DNA from: Octopus vulgaris
Lineage: Eukaryota
Reading direction: 5' to 3'
NCBI GenBank assembly: GCA_951406725.2
Contig: OX597817.1
Location: 101,246,001 to 101,310,000 of the forward strand
Length of the DNA: 64,000 nucleotides
Part shown: positions 55,339-64,000 of the stretch, one piece after another
How the letters are laid out: each line of letters opens with the position of its first letter
How positions within the stretch are numbered: the first letter of the stretch is position 1
Program-made: the position numbers and the translations under genes
Notes under the pieces: generated by a model
Databases searched by the model: none
What the model was told of the DNA's origin: nothing
What the model saw: the letters and a program-made list of their open reading frames with translations, nothing else

Positions 55339-58038
55339 AATGTCTGTATATCATTCTGTAGTTTATGCATATAAATGTGTATGTACCTTAAAACGTTGAC
55401 AAATATTCAGTTATATTAGATCTCATTTTAGAGTTAAGCGCGTTCTAAAAGTTCTAAAAGCATGTATAAAGTACATATCTATTTACAATGTAACATATGC
55501 CATGAAATACTATTACGTCATAACATACGCGTATGCTTAAAATTTTTGCGAGAATAGGGTTAAACAACTACTCATAGAAAAGAGAAGTATATCCAAATGG
55601 TAGAGAGAGAGGTATTGTATTATATTTAGTTTGTTAAGAACGCCGATCAAAATAGGATGGAAGATGTTAAAGTGCATCATTATATTTATAAGTCTAAACG
55701 TCTTTGTGCGTGAAGGAAGGATTGTTCTGGAATTTTGGGAGTCGATGATCAAAAGATAGAGGCATAAGAAGATACGATTTTCACAAAAAGAAATACTTTA
55801 TCTAGCAGGATATTAGCTTACATTATATTTTGTGGTGTTACTTTGTGAACCTAAAAATTTTAAGGCGAGAAAAGATGAAAAAACAAAATATGAAAAAGAG
55901 AAATAAAAAGGAGGAAACATTTCGTATATCTAACTCTGTAAGCTAAAGTCAAAGAGTTTGGAATTTGTATGAAATATATATGGAATTGAGTCTGTTATTC
56001 GAAGGAAGAGCATTTTTAAAAAAAATATGTAATAAAAGGATATGACTGGAGAAGTAGTAAGTTTCATGTAATGATAAGAAATTGGTAGTAAATTAATAAC
56101 GGAGATGGGTGTGTCAACTTTTATTATCGGTATTTCGTTAGATTAGGAAGATGCATGTGGTTCTACATTAAAACACCCAGGTTAATGTTTCTAACGAACC
56201 AAAGATGGGCTAATAAATGTGCAGTGATATTTAGATGGTTAAAGCATAGCGTTGTAAAGCAGGAGGGAGAGACAAAGAGGAAGAAATAGTGTGGTGTAAG
56301 AGTGCCTTATTGATTTCCTGTTCTTTAGTGTTTGTAAATGTTTTATTAATTATATATGCGTGACTGGGTTTAAAAGATTTCACATCTCCCTGGGAAGTAA
56401 GTGATATCTTCAAAAGCAATATGCTTCAAAAGCAATATCCAGTTCAAGCGTCTCTATAGGAGGTAAAGAATAGATATGGATTATATAGTATGTTTCTTAT
56501 TATGACTCGTATTTAGTGTAAAGGGAAGTGAAATAGTTCACGAACGTAATTAGTCATTTAGTTAACATGTGTACGTACAAGATTGGTATTTTGTTGGAAT
56601 AAATGAAAATTTAGAAGTGATTATTGATAAAGTAACCTTTAAAGGTATGGTCACTGCTAAAGGTTAGTGGGGAAGGAAGTAAGAAAAAAGTCGATACTAC
56701 TATAACAGGAATTGTAAACTTAATGGTAAAACGATGCTGTAGAATAGACAATTACCTTTAGAGTCTTTAATTAGACCAAGGTCAAAGTTTCACTGTGTTA
56801 CATTCAAGTACTAAATTAACTCGGGAGAGGAAACTGACCCGGGTATACAGTCAAAACTCATACGTAACTATCAAAATTTATTAAGATTTATGAAAAAAAA
56901 AATGATTTTATATTTCTTATTGGGTATTATTTCAAATAATGTTTTAACATACATCCATATATGTTACACATTAAACAACTATGCATTATTCTGTGTGTGT
57001 TTGTGTGTGTGCGTGTGTGTATGTGTGTGTGTATGTGGTGTGGTGTGTGTGTGTGTGTGTGCGCCCGTTCATGTGTTACGTTGAAGACACGACTATGTTC
57101 TCGTAATAGTGTTTTCTTTGTAACAAGTTTGAAAGGAAAAAGTGCTCTCTGTATAAAAATACATACAATTATATATTCTGCATTTGGGGGAATTGAAGCA
57201 ATGTTGAAACGAAATTTGTCCACTTACCACAAAAAGTAGGTATGAGAGAAACACGAAGATTGCAAGAGACATTTTAAGAAATGGTTCGTACTGCAAACGT
57301 ATACTACATGATTAGGAAAGTCAAGCCAGTTTATATAGAGAAAAATACCGAATGGTCAGTGACCACTGAGTGTGATGGGTGTAACGTTTTGTAGTGCACC
57401 CAATGAAGGAATGTCAGAAACAGAGAATTGTCTGGGAAACCATGTGAAATATTGTCATACTATACATACATACACACGCACACACACACATACTATACAC
57501 AGACACACATCGATATATATATATATAGGCACACAGACATATACATGCAATCACACATACACAGATGCTCACACGCATACAAGCAGACACATAAATATAA
57601 ATATACACAACGACAACACCAGCAGTAGCAACAACAACAACAACAACAGGAAGGAGAAGACGCAAGCAATGAGAGAAAAAAACAGAACAGTGACAGCTAT
57701 AGAAACTGAGAGAAAACAAGACAAAAATTATATAGAAGGTCATTGATTTTATTAGAAATAGCAACATTGACAGCTTCAGTGCAATACAATTAAAATTAGA
57801 TTAAATACATAGTGACATCCACCTCCCTGAACTTCCTATTTACATCCTAAATTTTAAAGCAAAATACCTAAACTCTACCATCATTTGCGGAAGTGACTTC
57901 TCATCTCCTTCATTTTTTAACACATACACATAAATATACATTGACGTGTAACATGGGTACGCATCAGCGAGATTTTATGAGTGCATATATACGTATACGT
58001 GTGTGTGCGAATGTATGTGTGTATATGTATGTATGTAA

Positions 58039-58100
<62 letters not shown>

Positions 58101-58126
58101 ATAAATACACACACACATATATATAT

Positions 58127-58161
<35 letters not shown>

Positions 58162-58162
58162 C

Positions 58163-58224
<62 letters not shown>

Positions 58225-58616
58225 AATATACGTACATATACATATATATATATAAATACATAATTTTGTATTATTTATATATTAGTCCGTTCCTGCTAAG
58301 CCGATTTAGCCTCTATCATCTTCCCTTGGTATACCTCTTCTAATTTACTAAAGGCACTCTAAGGCTTTTGTAATACTGTTGTATTACGATAGCATAGGCT
58401 TCCGTATATTTCTTATACTGACTTACTTGAAGACGTTGTTCTATTGCATGGGCTTTAGCTACTATGATCTTTGCTTAGCAGGGTCCCTTGACCTCTTTTT
58501 AAACGGCAGTGCATCAGCATGGCCACAGCTATGAGATGAAAATACAGCAAAAAAGTGTCTCTCTATATATATATCTATAGATATTTATTTATATGCATAT
58601 ACACATACATACATAT

Positions 58617-58646
<30 letters not shown>

Positions 58647-58647
<1 letters not shown>

Positions 58648-58851
58648 ACGGGAAGCTTTATGAAAATAAACAAAAGACGAAGGCAGGTGGAAAACAAACG
58701 AACAATTGTATTAGTATGGCGCTCAGGAAATATAAATAAAACAAGTCTTTAACGTTTCGAGCCTACGCTCTTCAACAGAAAGATACACAGAGAGAGAAAA
58801 ACACAGAAAGAAGGAGAGAAAAAAAATGCGTGCAGTAGCTAACGAATCAAC
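58647..58851 (-). mobile_element. ~200-bp HHR-bearing short element (second copy)
   Basis: Reverse complement of 42853-43051. Confidence 0.8.
58746..58783 (-). ncRNA. Minimal hammerhead-like motif, A6U variant
   Basis: Minus strand reads TCTTT CTGTTGA A GAGC GTAG GCTC GAAA CG TT AAAGA. Confidence 0.55.
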
Positions 58852-59348
58852 ATATATATATATATATATGTATATATATTTACATATATGTACGAATACG
58901 TCAGTCTTGAAAATTTTAAGACAGATATTCCCTAGGCATCGATACAGACGCCTCGTGTATATTTGTCTCTCCCAGGTTTTTTACTGATGAAGTGTAACCT
59001 ATGGTAGATTAGCTTAATTTAATTTAATTAAGCTAATTTAATCATTAATGACACAGAAACGTTGCAACGTCTAAAAGATGAATTAGGGTAAATGTTTTTG
59101 AATTTTCACCTAATTTTTGAATTACTACTACTTGGCGGTGTGAGTTATGGCTGCTCTTTCTGGTGGACGAATGACCTGTTAGGGTCATTCCTAAATTGTT
59201 ATATGTATATATATATATATATATATTTATGTACATATATATGAATATAAATATATATATATACATACATACGTATACATATATATGCATATATTGATAT
59301 ATATATATATATATACATGTATGCATATATACATATATACATATAATG

Positions 59349-59444
<96 letters not shown>

Positions 59445-60207
59445 GACTATGATGCTCTCCCACTACTCGTGCTCGTGATCAGCGATGTTCATATCGTTAG
59501 CCACTAAGAGACATGCTCAACTGGTTATGATCAAGCAACTGATAAGCGAATCTGTGCTAATTAGCAGGTTATTTGCTGTAGCCCGTCTTTTACACACTAA
59601 GACAAAACATGTTTATGATAACACTTCCAATCAGCTAAGATCAGAAGCCATGAAAGTCACTGCCTGGCATTGCATCAGGGAATAAAACAGGCACTTCCTA
59701 TTTGGCCAAGCTCTCGTCAATTTCTTCAAACATCATTTGAAGAGGAATGTGAAAGTAGAGAGGGAGGTGCTACCTTCTAGTGTGTTTATGAAAAGGTAGT
59801 CGACAGTGGCAAGATTAATGACATTGAATATATCGACACTAAGTGTACTTTTCTAAGCAGGAGGAAAAAGCTGGAAGAGAGCGCTTTCCCGTGCCTTGGA
59901 CTTTTGCGTGGGTTTTACTCCGGATTAATATAAGTGGACTGCTCTGCTATTGGGGGTTCTACTTATTTATTTATTTATTTATTTATTTATGTCTAATTGC
60001 TCTTATTTATCTTCTGTCATATCCTTTAATGTATCAGTATCTTCCTTTGATTGATGTAAACACCACCTGTTTTAGTTATTGCAATTTTTGCCTTTGTTTT
60101 GATTTGTGTGCCGTAACCTGTCCTTCGATATTGTCCTCCATATCTCGAGCCCTTGTGGCCAATAAAAAAATAATTTATTATTATCATTATCATTATCATT
60201 ATCACCA

Positions 60208-60307
<100 letters not shown>

Positions 60308-60562
60308 CATTGAGTAAGAGAGCAGTGCAACCCATGAAAGTGACACTGGGGTAAAATATACGAAGCCCAGTATACCCATCATAACTACCCGTCTGATAAG
60401 GGTACACCAGGCACATGCATCACTATGTGCGCGACATAGTGATCGCATATGGAATTTTATGATTCGGTGCAACCATGAGATAGAGAATAGGAAACCATTC
60501 ATAGTCTTAATTCCTATGCATGTATATATATGTATATATGTATGTACATACGTATGTATGCA

Positions 60563-60600
<38 letters not shown>

Positions 60601-60602
<2 letters not shown>

Positions 60603-61071
60603 CAATAATAAATCTCTGAACGAGATGTAAACAGTAACCGCTCGACAACGTAAAGTATAGTAGCCATCTCAATATGGCTAACCACAAAGGGTGGGTGTTA
60701 CTGTAGCTTTTAGCCCCAGGAGATCATCGTCTCCAGCTGGCCTTTAGACACACTTTCTGTGCCCTTATGATATTTGCAAAGGGAGGTCATCCCTCTCTCG
60801 TAAACCTAAGTGATACGCACGGACTGCAGTTTCGAGGTAATTTGCCTCTTGTCAACGTACGGTAATCACCAGTTTTCGATGACGAGAGACCTGTTTGCGA
60901 ATATCTATTTAATGTTTTTCCCAGTAACCAATGTCACTGATTTCGAAAAACTGTCTGAAAGCAATAATAAATCTCTGAACGCGATGTAAACAGTAACCGC
61001 TCGACAACGTAAAGTATACTAGCCATCTCTATATGGCTAACCACAAAGGGTGGGTGTTACTGTAGCTTTTA

Positions 61072-61072
<1 letters not shown>
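60601..61072 (-). mobile_element. Retrozyme-like element: 359-bp monomer plus 113-bp direct repeat, in (TA)n
   Basis: 60601-60713 is repeated at 60960-61072 (3 mismatches seen). HHR at 60816-60861. Confidence 0.85.
60816..60861 (-). ncRNA. Type I hammerhead ribozyme, U3:A8 core variant
   Basis: Minus strand reads CGTACG TTGACAA GAGG CAAATTA CCTC GAAA CTGCAG TC CGTGCG. Confidence 0.8.
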
Positions 61073-61090
<18 letters not shown>

Positions 61091-61109
<19 letters not shown>

Positions 61110-61325
61110 TCGGTGGGGGCTGAAAAGCTCCTGGCTTTAAGGTTATCGCGAAAGATCTGGTTGGAGCCCGAACTTGCCGTGTTATTTTACAGGGTTTTAG
61201 AAAAACTAAATAATCGCTGCAATAAGTGTGGGAATCTGCAAATGGAATATGTTGCATAAAATCATAATTAAATGCTCCTCTTGTATTTTTTTACCTACAT
61301 CTAAGAACTTTTCAGGAACCCCTCG
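61091..61325. mobile_element. Mariner-derived MITE
   Basis: Imperfect TIRs GGGGGCTGAAAAGCTC / GAACTTTTCAGGAACCCCTCG in (TA)n, with a remnant resembling a transposase C-terminus. Confidence 0.65.
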
Positions 61326-61337
61326 TATATATATATA

Positions 61338-61396
<59 letters not shown>

Positions 61397-61534
61397 CGGA
61401 GATGTACTTACATAGCAAGTGACTTGATTTGAGATCGTGTCCTGAAACAAAAACAGTTGCAATGTGGGAGATGTTTGTAAGCATTTAAGAACACACAAAT
61501 ACTGTTAGTTTCACTTCAACATTTAAATTTAATG

Positions 61535-61581
61535 TGTCAAAATATGTTCGTCGCCTTGAAACCGCGACCTGTTCACTGACA
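61535..61581 (-). ncRNA. Hammerhead-like motif with a G3:C8 core
   Basis: Minus strand reads TGTCA GTGAACA G GTCGC GGTTTCAAG GCGAC GAAC ATAT TT TGACA. A15.1 appears mutated to C. Confidence 0.55.
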
Positions 61582-62160
61582 AAACTTCGTGCTGCATCTG
61601 CGAAAGTAACAGTTAGTTTATGATATATATGCGTTTATGTATGTATGTATGTATGTATGTATGTATGTATGTATGTAGACTTCCGGTCGGCCTCCGATCA
61701 ACATGTGCTTTTTTAAGCTCCTAGAAAATCGCCAAGAAATTTCTGAAAAGCTGCGACGGCTATTATAAATAAAACTCAAAAAAGCCTTGAATGTCTTCCT
61801 GAATGACTAAGCATTGACTTGAGGAAATTTAAAGTGAAATATATTAAGCAGGAAGAATCTTTTGCGAATGTAGTAATTATAAACATTGCAAATAATGGAT
61901 TTTATGAAATTTGAAAATTAACTGCGATTTTTGATCGGGACAAAAGAATAAAATAAAATAAAATCATTATCTGAATAACTTTTGAATGAAAACGTAACAA
62001 GATATATTTAAAGAAAAACCATCTGAAATACAAAGAAGGAAAAAACAAAATATATACACAAACGTATCTCTTTAACTTGAAAAGAAGTCCAAAGTCTTCC
62101 ACTGCCTTAGAAATACCCATCTCTTTGGAAAAACTAGATAAGTATCTGTATATATATATA

Positions 62161-63217
62161 CAGTTTGTCTACCTGGGAAGCACTATTAATAGATATGGCA
62201 ATGTGGATGATGAAATTCCATATAGAATTAGGAAAGCAAGTGTTGCTTTCGGAAGGCTAGAAAAGCGCCTCTGGAGTCGGCGAGACATATGCAGAAAGAC
62301 AAAGATAAAGGTGTACAAGGCATGTGTGCTCCCTTCTCTTCTCTATGCCTGCGAGACGTCGGTCACATATCGATACCACCTTAAACAACTGGAACGTTTC
62401 CATCAGATGTGCCTCAGACGGATCTATGGCATTAAGTGGAAGGACCGCATCAGTGATCTTGAAATACTCGAAGGCTCTCGGTGTGAAAGTATAGAAGCTC
62501 TTGTGTTAAAGCAAGGGCTCAGATGGAGTGGTCATCTGGTCAGAATGAAGGATTCAAGGATGCCAAAACAACTCTTTTATGGAGAGTTAGCTAAAGGAGA
62601 ACGACCTCCACATAAACCAAAAAAGAGGTATAAGGACTTGCAGAAGGCTTCCTTAAGAGATGCTTGCATCTCTCCTGACACATGGGAAGGCATAGCTATT
62701 GATCGTAGCAGGTGGAGAAGGATTGTGCATGAGGGGACAGCCACGTTTGAGAAATCTCGAGTTGCACATGAGAAAGTAAGGAGGGATGTCAGGAAGGGCA
62801 TCGCTGTTACACTTCCAGAAGGGAAGGGTCATCCTTTGATTCTGAAATGCAATGTCTGTGCAAGACCCTGCCTCAGTAAAGCTGGACTCATGAGTCATCT
62901 TCGTAGTCATAAAACGAGACAGATGAGTGACAACCTGGCCACTGGTGGTGGTGTAACACACCATACTAATCATATCTGTCGGGCATGTGGAAGAGAGTAT
63001 AATTCGGCAGGAGGACTTAAACGACATGCAAAGGTACATGCAGCCCAGTTACAACTACAGCCGGCTATTAACAGTAAAGGTTTTAGTTGCCAATTTTGTA
63101 CAAGACATTGTAGATCTTTAGCTGGGCTAAAAAGTGACATTCGATCACAGCACCAGTAACAGTTAATCTTCGTGAAATGGCCATACTCGATAACGAGGGG
63201 GCAGCCATAATAATAAT
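62161..63217 (+). mobile_element. 5'-truncated RTE-clade LINE; ORF open to the stop at 63159, ending in three C2H2-type zinc fingers
   Basis: FVYLGSTI..DDEI..RIRKASVAFGRL, LLYACET, LRWSGHLVRM..RMPKQLFYGEL. Short (ATA)n tail. Confidence 0.9.
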
Positions 63218-63499
63218 GTATGTATGTATGTATGTATCTATTATGAATGCGTGCATGTATGTATGTGCCTATGCGTATGTATTCATGCGTATGATACAAT
63301 GTCTTAGATACATACATGCAAATATAAACTTACCTATACATATGTACAAGCACACACAATCATATAAATATGTATACAAACACATATATACGTATAATAT
63401 TACGGTATACACACATATATGTTTATCAATCTACATATATACGTATCTCTATTTTCACAGACAACGATTAAACGCAAAACTTTTCTTTTTTCTTTTTTT

Positions 63500-64000
63500 G
63501 CCCAACAGCAAGCATTAAGAACGAATTACATCAAATACAGATCAGACAACACATCAGAAAGTGAAAAGTGCAGAATTTGTGGACAAAATGGTGAAAACGT
63601 ATGGCATACTACCAGAAAGAATATAACAGACATCATGACAATATGGCAAAGATTATCCTTTGGACACTTTGCAACAAGTATGGACTTGACAGAGCACAAA
63701 AGTAGTACGAACATAAACCCGAAGGCATCATCGAAAATGAAAATGCGAAGAGCCTATGGGATTTTATGATTCGATGCAACCATAAGATAGAGAATAGGAA
63801 ACCAGACATAGTGTTAATTGAGAAAGAAAGCAAACGATAGAAAAGTCAATAGATATAACAGGTTAGCTTGGGAGATTAAGCAATTGTGGTCGCTGAAAAA
63901 GGTGGTAGTAGTACCAATAATTGTCGGAGCCATGGGAACAGTGAGTAAAAATATTGAGAAGTGCATGGAATGCATAGGGGCTGCAATAAGTGTGGAGTAC
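63500..64000 (+). mobile_element. Decayed 3' part of an RLE LINE (runs off the window)
   Basis: QQQALRTNYIK, KCRICGQNGENVWH, KPDIVLIEK and VVPIIVGA. Confidence 0.8.

Overview
AT-rich animal genomic DNA, dense in microsatellites ((TA)n, (AAT)n, (CA)n, (TATG)n) and repeats. The repeat make-up suggests a cephalopod such as Octopus (inference). One host gene is supported, on the minus strand: a VWA-domain protein with an intact MIDAS exon (48303-48866), two phase-1 micro-exons (42042-42077, 40976-41014) and a last exon encoding a degenerate VWA-like domain (35567-36105). A candidate signal-peptide exon at 52045-52120 carries an in-frame TGA. The rest is mobile DNA: R4/Dong-like RLE LINEs nested in (AAT)n, RTE and L1/Tx1 fragments, Penelope-like elements (RT + GIY-YIG), Tc1/mariner elements and tRNA-derived SINEs. 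The main unexplained signal is about a dozen hand-folded type I hammerhead ribozyme (HHR) motifs in short non-coding units, most of them embedded in (TA)n. The clearest is a TSD-flanked tandem array of 362-bp monomers with an inverted head (retrozyme-like, 11741-12714). Different families show C3:G8, U3:A8 and G3:C8 versions of the catalytic-core tertiary pair. Also noted: a 6-kb segment bounded by 190-bp identical inverted repeats, and T-depleted islands that may record A-to-G hyper-editing. All folds and alignments were done by eye, with no database searches.
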